Assembly (NCBI GenBank): GCA_030324005.1
Contig: JARDVH010000073.1
Location: 67,763,748 to 67,827,747 of the forward strand
Origin: Negaprion brevirostris
Lineage: Eukaryota
DNA: 64,000 bases
Reading direction: 5' to 3'
The stretch's first letter is position 1. Each line of letters starts with the position of its first letter. Shown here piece by piece: positions 13,948 through 25,632 of this stretch. Made by a program: the position numbers and the translations under genes. The notes beneath the pieces were generated by a model. That model did not search any database, was not told where the DNA came from, and saw only the letters and a list, made by a program, of their open reading frames with translations.

Positions 13948-14186
13948 TGATGTGGAGATGCCAGCGTTGGACTGGGGTAAACACCGTAAGAAGTCTCACA
14001 ACACCAGGTTAAAGTCCAACAGTTCTATACGGTAGTAAACACCACTACCTTTCAGAACACTGTTCCTTTGTCAGGTGAGTGGAGAACTCTCCACTCACCT
14101 GACAAAGGAACAGCCTTCCGAAAGCTAGTAGCATTTATTACCAAATAAACCTGTTGGACTTCAGCCTGGTGTTGTGAGACTTCTTA
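13948..14186 (+). mobile_element. Palindromic non-autonomous Penelope-derived element with hammerhead-type motifs
   Basis: ~100 bp inverted arms with a perfect 26 bp core (14060-85 / 14088-113). 10 bp TSD tgatgagtaa at 13938-47 and 14187-96. Confidence 0.8.
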
Positions 14187-15164
14187 TGATGAGTAACACA
14201 GCATTGGGCCAATGCCAGAGATGCACCAAGTTCTAATCTGAACCCCCAAACCAGGTTTTAATTACTTTTACAAACTTTTGTGGAGAATCAGTGAATAGCT
14301 TTGCTTTGGTTCGAAGATGGTGTACTCAGCAATGCAAGACTGAGAATTGCTATAGCAGACTCAGTAAGTCAAGTTGATCAAGTTCAGAGTAGTCTAGATT
14401 GTAATTGACCACCCCCAATTAGTACATTAATGAGATCTAGAGGAATAGCCTTGTAATGAGACGACTGAGGTCCCAAGCCCATTCTGCAGCAGGTAGAATA
14501 GTTTTGGATGGACAGGTAGTGGACAGTTTACTAATGATCTGTGCAGTTAAGTTGCATGCTTAAACCAGGAGAAAAATAAGGCATGACAATGAATCAGAAT
14601 TGGTGAAATGTAAAAATGATGCACATATCACTAACATGGACTGGCAGCCAAACTCTGAGTGAGCAGAATTGCATTTGCTCTTTCACTGATCTGTTTCTCA
14701 GCAGGAAACATGACCATCAGTGATAAACATTAGAACTGTCCTATGGTTATTTAGAAAGTCTTGGGTTCTTTCTTTCCAACCCACATCCTAACTCTCTCTC
14801 AAACTTAAAACCTAACTTCCCATAGAGGCATTGAGTAATTTAAGCAGGTTATTTGTTTGCAGACTTAATCACACACTATTCAGTGACACAGCCATTGTTC
14901 TTTACCGCTTTAAGGGATATATTTGCACAGCAAACACAACTCTGAATATACACATTAATTTCTTGTAACTAGAGTTATGCACTCCATAGGTAGAGTGTTG
15001 ATTACATTTTCCAGACTTGGAAATAAATTTTTCTTGCAACAAAACAATGCTTGCAGAGTGAGCAAAAAGGGGTTTGTAAACATTGATTTGTTTGTGAGTT
15101 TTCAAATTTGGGAGATCTCCTTGGTTTTAGAAACATCACACGTGTATATATGAACATACATCTC

Positions 15165-15750
15165 TACTTTCCTGTCTGTCTCTGATAACCTTTAACTCCC
15201 TGGTCAAGTAAGACACTATTTCACTCCGCCTCAAAAAATATTCAATGACCCTGCCTCCACTGCTCTAGANNNNNNNNNNTCTTAAATGAGAGCCCTCTAA
15301 TTGTTAAACTATGTCCCCTAGTTCCAGTCTGTCCTGTAAGTGAAAACATTCTGAGCATCTATCCTCAGTTCATCAGGCCCTTGTATGTTTCAATACAATG
15401 ACTGAATAACTCCAATAGATGCAGGTCTAACCTGTCCAACCTTTCCACATAAAATAACCCCATCGTCCCAAGAATCAGTGAGGTGAACCTTCTCTGAACT
15501 GCTAATACAATTATATTCTTCCCTAAATAAGAGATTAAATCTGTACACAGTACTCCAGATTTGGTTTACTAGAGCCTTGTACAACTGTAGCAAAATTTCC
15601 CTATATTTATATTCCATTCCCTTAAAATAAACATCATTACTCCATTTACCTTCCTAATCACTTGCTGTATGTGCAGATTGACTTTTGTGATTCATGTATC
15701 AGGACACCCAGATCCCTGTGTACCACAATTCTAAGATCTCACTCCATTTA
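15165..15750 (-). mobile_element. CR1 LINE 3' fragment
   Basis: MEYKYREILLQLYKALV on the minus strand. Confidence 0.8.
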
Positions 15751-18594
15751 GATATGTTGCTTTTCTCTTCTTCCTGCAAAGTATCTGTACTCTCTTTTAA
15801 CTTCCAAAGATTTTTTTAAACCAATCAAATGGGGATGAGCAGAAATAAATTTGTAAGATTGACTGGATATATCACATTGATTATAGCACTGCCACATTAA
15901 CAATAACACTGTGATACAATGTATGTAAATCAAATCAGCACATTGTGGAAATCCAATCCAGAAGCAAATTAGATTAGGAGAGCGCTCCAAGAGTAGCTGG
16001 TGTGTGTCTATACAGTGGGAATCACTTTTTGGAGGGTAATTAATTGCAGAGGAACAGTCTCGGAATGTGGGTAAGTGGAAGTAATAGGGATGTGAGTATA
16101 GGAGTCCCAAGTAAGCCATATAGCCCCTCGAGTAATGAAATTAAACTGTGTAAGATGAATGTGCTCTTAGTTGTCATGTTTTGCTGTCAAACATATCTTT
16201 CCCAATTTTTTTGCTATGATGCCTGATCCATCTGCCTGTCATTCATTAAACTCTGGAGTTCAGTAGAACAAGGGTTTTATCAAATGTACAATCATGGTGT
16301 TGCCTGACCCTTGGCCAGTTTCCTTAATCTGAATCATTGAACCCTGCTGCAAGGGAAAATATATCCATTCATTATTCCCACATGCTCATAGTATGATTTT
16401 GAAGGTTGCTTATTTATTATTTTTTAATATTATAATGTAACAGATTGATTTAGTTTGTATTTTCCACAAGTTTAACTGAATGAATGTGAAAATCCTGTTC
16501 ATTTTCATGGCTATGATTGAGCTAAATATAACAACAGCGTAGGTTCTGATAATATTTTTTAAATCTACAAAAATCATCTCTTTTCCAAACTCGAAGTCTG
16601 TTTTGAAGCTTGCTAATTGAATCTTGCTATAGAAAGCGTGTGTGTAACATTCAATTGATTTATTTGCACTGGGAATCAGTGAGTGCCTTCTATAGAGGAT
16701 TGCTGTGCCCATTAAGGGAGATTCCCATAGCTACACCACTGGTGCTCATTTAACAGACAAAAGTTTGATTTTTAACTGAATTTAGCTCTTGAGGAATCCC
16801 AAAAGTAGAAATTTAGCTTTTGGTTGAATCATCTATGAGAAGATGAAACCGGATTGGAGAGAGCTGTCTTTTGACTAACTAGACATTGTAAATGCTAATG
16901 GTATTTTAATCACCCTTCAAAGACTATAGCCACAATTTCAGCTGTCTTATTCTCCAGATTGAGAATCAACAACACATGAAAGGGAGGGAGAAAAATATTT
17001 ATATTGTTTCGTGTCAATTATGAGGGAAATATTGGTACATCAGACCAAATTATAATTTATCCTCTTTCCCCTCTCCCTTATCTGTACAGTGTGTGTGGTG
17101 TCTGTATTTTCTAATCTTGTAGCTGAGTGCTGCAAGCTGCTTCTAATAAAGTGTATATGGAGCTGGCGCTATACAGAACTAATGTTGCACTAATTAAATA
17201 ATAAGATATATGCTACATATCTTGCACATTATCTTCTCCTCCTGCTCTCCACATTAGCAAAGCAAAACAATCCCACCTGCACTGTAAAATGAGCTGAAGT
17301 ATGCAAATAAATCTCTTCAGTTATGATGAAAGCGGTGTTGTCCTGGATACCACAATGCGTATCCAGTACTTTTTAAAAAGATACGTATATTTAAAACATC
17401 CAAGAACTCTGGATCTATTTGCGTACAGTTCACTAATTTTATTTTTTTGTAATTTGAGGAATATACATTGATTATAGCTTCCAATAATTCATGATGGATG
17501 GTATCTCAAACTTTTTAAGAAGGTTTAAAAAAGCGTAAGAGTAGAATAATAGATAAAAACTCAGTGCAAGATCTAGCCATTAGAACATTTTATAAATTGC
17601 ATCGCTGCACTATTGAACCATAGAATCTCTACGTTGCAGAAGGAAGCCGTTTGACCTTTTGAGTCTGCACTGACTCTCTGAAAGAGCATCCCACCTGTGG
17701 TGCAGCACAAATGGGCTGCTCAGATTTTTAAAATTTCCAAACTGAGCATTCCTAAGTATGAATTGCATTGACCCAATATTTGGGCTGGTTTGTCAAGGGG
17801 TGAGAGTTTTAGCTTTAGATCACATGCCGTCAAGTAACCTCTACAATAGTGTTAAGAATGAACCAGGGTGTGGAGCTTGTAAGATTTTCCCCATGTCTAA
17901 GTTATGCATCAATCACCAAAACTGGAGGCCATGGACAATTTTATAGCAAAAATTGCAGGTTGATAGAACAACTGAACCTTTGCCCAATCCTGCTCGTGAT
18001 TGCATGTAAACCTGGAATCAGTTTTATTGCCCTAGCTTCATTGATCTTGTAATAAAGTTTGATCCTACATTAAGCATATGCTTGGATCAAGAATCCTCAG
18101 GACTCTTTTTTAACCATTGACTGCAGGTATAGCCCTCAGAAAAAACCTTAGCAAAACCAATGTGTGCGTGTTTATTTGAGGTAGATTATTTCCTTATAAG
18201 AAAAGAAAACAAGTTGCATTGATACATGAATCCCCAATATTTGGAGAATACTAAAAAACAGGAATAGTTATAATGTATTTTGTGACAATTGTGGCTCTCT
18301 CAACATTAGCTGTACTAATATTTTGTTTAAGTCTGCTCATGTTGTAATATTTAACGGTTGCCTCTATAACATTGCTTCAATCATGTGTTATTTCTATTTA
18401 ACTATTCCTAAAGTTCATTGATGATCCTGACTTCATAAATGGGTAATTCTGCAATAATGGTTTGACACCTAGATTTAGAAGCACTGGCGAACTTGTTTGA
18501 GGTTTTAGTCCCAATCTTTCTCTAATCTATAACAATACTTTCCCTCTCCGTTGGGTAGTGCTCAAAGTACAAGCCATGGTTACAGAGCAAAGTA

Positions 18595-18963
18595 TGATGT
18601 GGAGATGCCAGATTGGGGTAGGCACATTAAGAAGCCTCACGATACCAAGTTAAAGTCCAACAGGTTTATTTGGAATCATGAGCTTTCAGAGCTCTGCTCC
18701 TCGTTCATTCACCTGCTGAAGGAGCAGTGCTCTGAAAGCTCATGATTCTGAATAAACCTGTTGGACTTTAACCTGGTGTTNNNNNNNNNNNNNNNNNNNN
18801 NNNNNNNNNNNNNNNNNNNNNNNNNNNNNNNNNNNNNNNNNNNNNNNNNNNNNNNNNNNNNNNNNNNNNNNNNNNNNNNNCTGATGAAGGAGCAGGGCTC
18901 CGAAAGCTCATGATTCTGAATAAACCTGTTGGACTTTAACCTGGTGTTGTGAGACTTGTTACT
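18595..18963 (+). mobile_element. Palindromic Penelope-derived element (same family as 13948) spanning a gap
   Basis: Same tgatgtggagatgcc leader and inverted arms; the right arm appears twice, once on each side of the N gap. Confidence 0.8.
18881..18915 (+). ncRNA. Minimal type I hammerhead ribozyme motif (PLE-type)
   Basis: CUGAUGA-A-GGAGC(AGG)GCUCC-GAAA-GCUC: intact core boxes, 5 bp stem II, palindromic AGCU at helix III. The 5' strand of stem I falls in the gap. Confidence 0.6.
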
Positions 18964-19384
18964 GGGAGTAAACTATGGCATCTTAGATGAGAGGAGGAAT
19001 CAGTGCATCCCTGTCTATCTTTTTGCTTGTTATAGAGCAAAGTTGGTTAGACGGCAACTGTGAATCACATCTACTATGTAGCGGTGATCTTATTAATTTG
19101 CTCATTCAGCTGGAAATGAAATTACAATCTATTCAATCCTCGTTTTGATGAAACTCCTTACTACTAATTTAAGTAGGTTGCCCTTCTTCAAAAATGTTCT
19201 CCACTGATAAAAAAAAAATAACTTCAGCTACTATTGACCAATTAACTGGTGTCAACTTTTGTTACAATTTCTGTCGCCAAATACATAGGATTTTCAAGTA
19301 ATCATTAAAACCTTTTAAATTAAATGCTGTACAGTAATCTTTTACTGGTAAAGAAGGTTTTAAAATACTATACAATAGCAAAAT

Positions 19385-19586
19385 AGAGCAGATGCTGAAA
19401 ATCTGAAATGACAGCAGAAAATACTCAGCATCTGCGGCAAGTGAAACAAGTCAATGTTTTGGGTCAGCGACCCTTTTAGCAGAGCTCAGTCACAAGCCTG
19501 AATCATCGACTGTTTCTGTTTCTGCAGATGCTCCCAGACCTGCTGAATATTTCTGGGAATTTCTGTTCTCATTTTAAAATCCAGCA
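19385..19586. mobile_element. Decayed palindromic element, second Penelope-derived family
   Basis: Imperfect inverted arms: gatgctgaaaatctgaaat...tactcagcatctgc vs gcagatgc...ctgctgaatatttc...aaatccagca. Confidence 0.55.
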
Positions 19587-20655
19587 ATGTACCAATACAT
19601 TGGTTCCTTGCCCTGCAGTAGTTAATGGTTAGCACAAAAAAAGTGACCCTGAATGAAAAAATATCTCTGCTTTTTATGTTTTTTTTGAGGTTGACAGGAT
19701 AGGAAACATTGAATCAAATTATCTGTGACAGTATCAATGGTATGCTAAAGGATGTGACTGCTCATTTTGTCATAGTGCCCCGATATCTTGTCACATTTTC
19801 TGTTCTGCATTTGCTGTTGGTCTTGTTCTTTTAAACAAGAAAGCAAGTAAGTGGCAGCAGTCTAACTTTCTGTAAATTGGAATTGAGGTGAAACCAACAT
19901 CAGTATTATAACTGTTTACTGTGTGTATGAGAGAGAGAGAGAAAAGCTGAACCTTTTGAAAGGTGTATAACTATGGTACATTATAATTTGCACATACTTG
20001 TTTCTTTTCAATTATAAATTATTTTGCCATCACTGGTATTTTTTCCTGCTCTTTGAGACTAGCAGGACAAAAGTTAAAATAGGCTTGTCTATGAATATTA
20101 TGTTGTCGATTCCTGCTGCTTGAAACAGCCATGCTCAAAGCTCAACCTGTGCTCCAAAGCAGGCAAAATAAAAAGCATTCCAACTTGTATGAAAGGAAGA
20201 TCTTTGCTTTTAAAATTGCCATTACTGTTTTTGGAACCTGTCTTAAACAGTAAAAGGTATCTGAAAGCATCATTTACCTCTTAAATTTAATCTGGAAATT
20301 ATCAGCTCATTTGAGATTATATTTTTCACCATCCATTTCCCATTTTGTATATTTGGATAGAATAAAGTAGAGGGGAGTAAATAATTCTCAGGACTTTATA
20401 GGAAAGATTCAAGTCTGAAGCCTAAAGAACAAATGGATCAATACTGCATGACATGGGATGAATTATCTTACCCCATCTCACCAGAGTCAGCTACACTAAA
20501 GTTTTGTTTGCTACTGCAAGTGCTGAATTAGATAAAGATTAGGAGTTCCATGGATGCCTCGGGCTTACCTCACCCATGTGAGCAATTCTTGAGTCTGGAC
20601 CATAAATATCAGCAGGTTATTTATACTTGGAAGAACCTGTCTTCTAATGTCTGCT

Positions 20656-21003
20656 TGAACATACTCGAATACACAANNNNNNNNNNNNNNNNNNNNNNNN
20701 NNNNNNNNNNNNNNNNNNNNNNNNNNNNNNNNNNNNNNNNNNNNNNNNNNNNNNNNNNNNNNNNNNNNNNNNNNNNNNNNNNNNNNNNNNNNNNNNNNNN
20801 NNNNNNNNNNNNTGAGACCATACATGCTGATAAGGGTACATGATAGTTCACACGTAAATAGATGTACATCATACATGCATGCAGACAGATGTATGAGCGT
20901 GCACACGTCCTGACACACATTCACATGCACCCAGATGCATGCAAACTGAAAACATGCAATGAGAATGCATACAGATAGGCACTCGTATACACATCTGCAT
21001 AAC
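20656..21003. repeat. CA/CAT-rich low-complexity tract next to a gap
   Basis: acatgca/cacac-rich degenerate repeat. Confidence 0.5.
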
Positions 21004-24000
21004 AAAACAAAAAGTTGTCACTACACAGCCAATGAAAACCAGAATCATCACTCTCCTTTTTTCCACTTGCTCTTTCTACCCAAAGGTGAATTGTAATGTA
21101 TTTGTTACTACCCTGCACATGTCACAGATGCAACCTTGGACCTTTGTCTTTAAGGACCAAGTACCATACTAAACAGTTTACTTAATTCCTGAGTGCTTGT
21201 AATGGTGTTAGGGGGTGCTCTCTGTTCCTAGTTGTTCTATGGAACAAAAATACTGATGGTAATTAACTGCATGTGACCTGAGATAATTATATTATCCTTG
21301 AAATTATTCCTTTTAAATTATATCCTTTTAAAAGAAACACCTACTAATAGTTTTTGTTGAGAATGTACCATTACCAACAGTGAATGACCAAAAAAAATCC
21401 CCTATTCACATGGGACAAGATGAATCGTACTTTTATAAATAAATGTTTAACTGACCAATTTGCATGTTGTTGGTCAGTATATCTCCCTTTAATTTGAAAA
21501 AAGCACATCAAGTTAGAATTTAGTTAGTCATAAAAAAACGGCAGCAGGAATCACTTTTTCACAGCCAGATATCCTTAAAGCAGTAGGTTGGAAAGTGTTG
21601 GTTCTGTTGGCTTATGGAGATCAGCCTCTAACAAAGTAACTAACTGTTTACGTTTGTCATATTTTAAAAATAGACACTTTTACCTCATATGCACAGTACC
21701 TTTACTCTCCTATTATTGTTTCTATATAAAAGGTGGGGGAACAAACAAAATGAAACAGGAAAACAAAATGAGCAAAAATGCTTTTGAGATTATTTGACTC
21801 ATGCTTCCAGACTTAATGCAGATAATTAAAGGGGGAAGCGGCACCATACTATATCAATCTATTTAGGAGAGCAAAACAAACACTAGAACTGTTTGAATGT
21901 GCTGCAAATTATGTAAAATGTATCACAACACTGGTTTACTATCAGTGTTAATTTTATTGTAAAATAGTGGTGTTCAGCTTTTTGAAAACTGTATAGATTT
22001 TTTTGAGGTTGNNNNNNNNNNNNNNNNNNNNNNNNNNNNNNNNNNNNNNNNNNNNNNNNNNNNNNNNNNNNNNNNNNNNNNNNNNNNNNNNNNNNNNNNN
22101 NNNNNNNNNNNCCTTGATCCCTTATCCATATTCTCCTTCGGGAATGATCTTTATCTCTTTAGATCCTTGTCTTTTTTAATGTAATTGTTTTCTAATATTG
22201 TTTAAGATCCTGTGCTGAATAATTTTCATTTCTACACTTTCACCGACTTATTATTAGCCATTTATTGCCTCTTATTTACTCACATTTCCCTTCTGTTTCA
22301 AAGCCATTGTGATTTTTAATTAGTGGTGTATCTAGACAATAGCTGTGTGAAAAACAAAAAAGGACAAAAATTGAGATGCATCTGAAGCCTTTTGGATCAA
22401 TTTGTATTTATTTTATTCTTTGCTAAGTAAAGATTGTACACATGATGCTTTTTGGACTGTTTTGACCATGTCTTTTTGTATGATGTAAGCCTGAACCAGC
22501 AGAAATATTTTTAGGATGACGTATTCTTTGTTTTTCTTATTTTTATTTTGTTTTTTCTCTGAGGAAATGGTGGCCAAAATAAATTTTACTGGAAATTATA
22601 ACCCAGCACCAATTGTGCTCCTTTGTATAACATTTTTACTTGTGTTTGGGAAGATCTATGTACATATTGACAATTATTGCTTTCCCTCTTCACATATGCC
22701 CAATGGGGGTATATCCCATTCTGCTAATGTGCATCAGAAATGCCTAAAGAGCAGTTAGTGTAGTACACTATTTGCTAACTTACGGATTTTATTGTTTGTA
22801 GGCAAATTATGTAATCAATTTTGTTAAATCCTGAAGATACCTTATACGTTAGCCTCCTGGTGGGTCTTACCTTACTTTGCTGCTTTTCCCATTGCTGTTT
22901 TCCTCTCCTGATCATACATTTTTTTGGTTCCTATGAAAGGAAATTGGATAAAGGCTTGAAAAAGAAAAAAGTTGCTCAGCTATGGGGAAAGGGAGTGACT
23001 TTAATTGGATAGCTCTTTCAAAGAGCTAGCACTAGCATGATGGGCTGAATGGCTGCCTTCAGTGTTGTCATTCTATGATTCACTGTCCCTAAATCTTTTC
23101 CAGCCCTCCTCTGCTTTTTCTCATCTTCCTTTCCGCTGGGACATGGTGCAGAGAGAAAAGAAGCCAACCTTGGCTGCAAACTGCATTTGAAGTGGGGTAT
23201 GATGGAAAAGTTACATTTAGTTGACTCCTTTCCCCTCCACTTAGGTGCTCATCGTTCACCTTCAATCAAGATGAAGGTGTCTCGGATCAGATTGTAGCAG
23301 CTGCACCATCACTGATGTTGATTCTATGATTCCAGTATTATAATCTGAAAAGATCGGGGAGCTTTAGAATATTAAGTTCATCATGACTTCTTCTTGGTCA
23401 TCGCTATAATTATGGTACATTTGGTTACGATTTGTTCATGCAGATTGCAGAAAAAAATGGATCACTGATTCTTTTCAGAAGAGACAAGTAAATAATCCTG
23501 TAATCCACTTCTCTTTTCAGGCCCTTGTACACCAAATGTTTATTTCTCAATCAATCAGAATTATGAAGCAATTTCTTTGTGATAACATAACTGTTAGATT
23601 TTATTATGTATTTTTCATTCTCCTTTAGGAAACAGGTAGCTAATTTGTTTGCTAGAGTTGTTGATGAGCTACTGGTTGTTTTCATATTTATCTTAACCAT
23701 GGTGTGAATGAGACTTCATCATATTTCACTTTGCCACTTCCGACAAAAAAGCTACAAGAGCAAGATGATCAATTGGTGACGAGTATATGTATGATATTAA
23801 TTTATTTCTTTTAAATGATACGCAGATCTTTATAGAATCTTGGATGTACATGACTCAGTAATTTTTGCACACATCTGTGGAGATATAATAGCTCTCAGCA
23901 TCTGTTGTGTAGAAAGGGCAAAATTGTCAGCCTGATGGATTCCCCTCTGCAGCCAATTATCCTGCAAACAAACCGTGGGCTCCTACGTGAATGATTGCTA

Positions 24001-24302
24001 CTTCACCAAGGTACCAAAAGGACAACAGCAATCGTTGGACTGTATGCAGAGCTAGGAGGCTTTTTCAGGAAAGAAATGAAAAAATGTACTTTTAGTGGAA
24101 ATAGCACAGCTTTTCTAAGTTGCTCTCACTCGACCTGTATTTCTGAAGTGGTTACTGAATTGGCAAGCAGTCAACACTTGCTTTGCAATAAAATACCAGA
24201 GTACAGCAATTTGAACAGGATGCAAATGTTCTCACTCTGAGAAAAGCAAGTTAATGCAATTAAGGAAAGCTGATTTATAATATTAACTATTAATATTATA
24301 TT

Positions 24303-24492
24303 TGGGCGTGGAATTCCCTGCCTGCAGCAGTTGTGGACTCACCAGCTTTAAGGGCATTCAAATGGTCAGTGGATAGGCACATGGATAACATTGGAATAGC
24401 TTAGGTTAGAGGGTCATTAGATTGGTTCCACTGGTCGGTGCAACATCAAGGGCTGAAGGGCCTGTATTGCGCTGTAATGTTCTATGTTCTAT
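24303..24492 (+). mobile_element. CR1 3' tail
   Basis: gggctgaagggcctgtattgcgctgtaatgttctatgttctat. Confidence 0.75.
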
Positions 24493-24954
24493 TTAACAAA
24501 GCCTGTTTCACATTTCTTTGCTGTTTTAAAAATTTTGCTCACTCTTTCCCACATGCACACACATGCATACTCTTCCAGTAAGAAGCACTTTGAACTGTCA
24601 TTTCAGTATGTTTTAAAAAATCACTGAACCAATCAACAACCTATACAAGCAGATCAATAAAGCTGTCCTTAAAGAATGAAGATTAAAGTGGCCATGTTTT
24701 AAGACTATAATGTATAACAGCAGAGAGTGCCCCACTGTCAGCGCAGCTTGGTCAAATAGAGATACAAAGATTGAACCAAGTCCATTGATCAACTTCTTTC
24801 AATGACCCTCTACAAGCTATTTTAGACACCAGCTAAACTATTGTAAGCAATATTCTATTTGACTGTTTTCATCTGTTATAACTGTACATATATAACAACA
24901 GTATAGTCTAGGCCTTTTCCTTCACCATTGAACATTCCTCTTCCTTTCACCAGT

Positions 24955-25632
24955 GATAGACCGTAGAGCAGTACAGCACAATATAGGCCCTTCGGCCCTC
25001 GATGTTGTGCCAAGCTATGTCTGAACCCAAGATCAAGCTATCCCACTCCCGATCATTCTGGTGTGTTCCATGTGCCTATCCAATAACCGCTTGAAAGTTC
25101 CTGAAGTGTCCGACTCCACTATCACAGCAGGCAGTGGCATTCCATACCCCAACCACTCTCTGATTAACGAATCTACCTCGGACATCCCTCCTATATGTCC
25201 CACCATCAACCTTTATAGTTGTGCCCCCAGTAACAACTACATCCACCCGACGAAAGAGTCTCTGAATGTCCACTCTATCTGTCCCCCTCATCATCTTTAT
25301 AAACTTCTATTAAGTCACCTCTCATCCTCCTCCACTCTAAAGAGAAAAGCCCCAGCTCCCTCAACCTTTCCTCATANNNNNNNNNNNNNNNNNNNNNNNN
25401 NNNNNNNNNNNNNNNNNNNNNNNNNNNNNNNNGCCAGAACTGAACATAATATTCCAAATATGGTCTCACCAATGTCCTGTATAGTTGCAGCATAACTCCA
25501 CGACTCTTAAGCTCAAACCCCTTTTAATAAACACTAACACATTATACGCCTTCTTCACGGCTGTATCCACTTGAGATCTGTGGATATGAACCCCAAGATC
25601 TCTCTGTTCCTCCACATTCCTCAGAACCCTGC
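24955..25632 (-). mobile_element. CR1 LINE 3' fragment
   Basis: [38 protein letters not shown]. Confidence 0.85.

Noticed and set aside
21450-21478. 9 bp hairpin enclosing an ATTTGCAT octamer
   Set aside because: Too short to exceed chance; no pre-miRNA-length stem.
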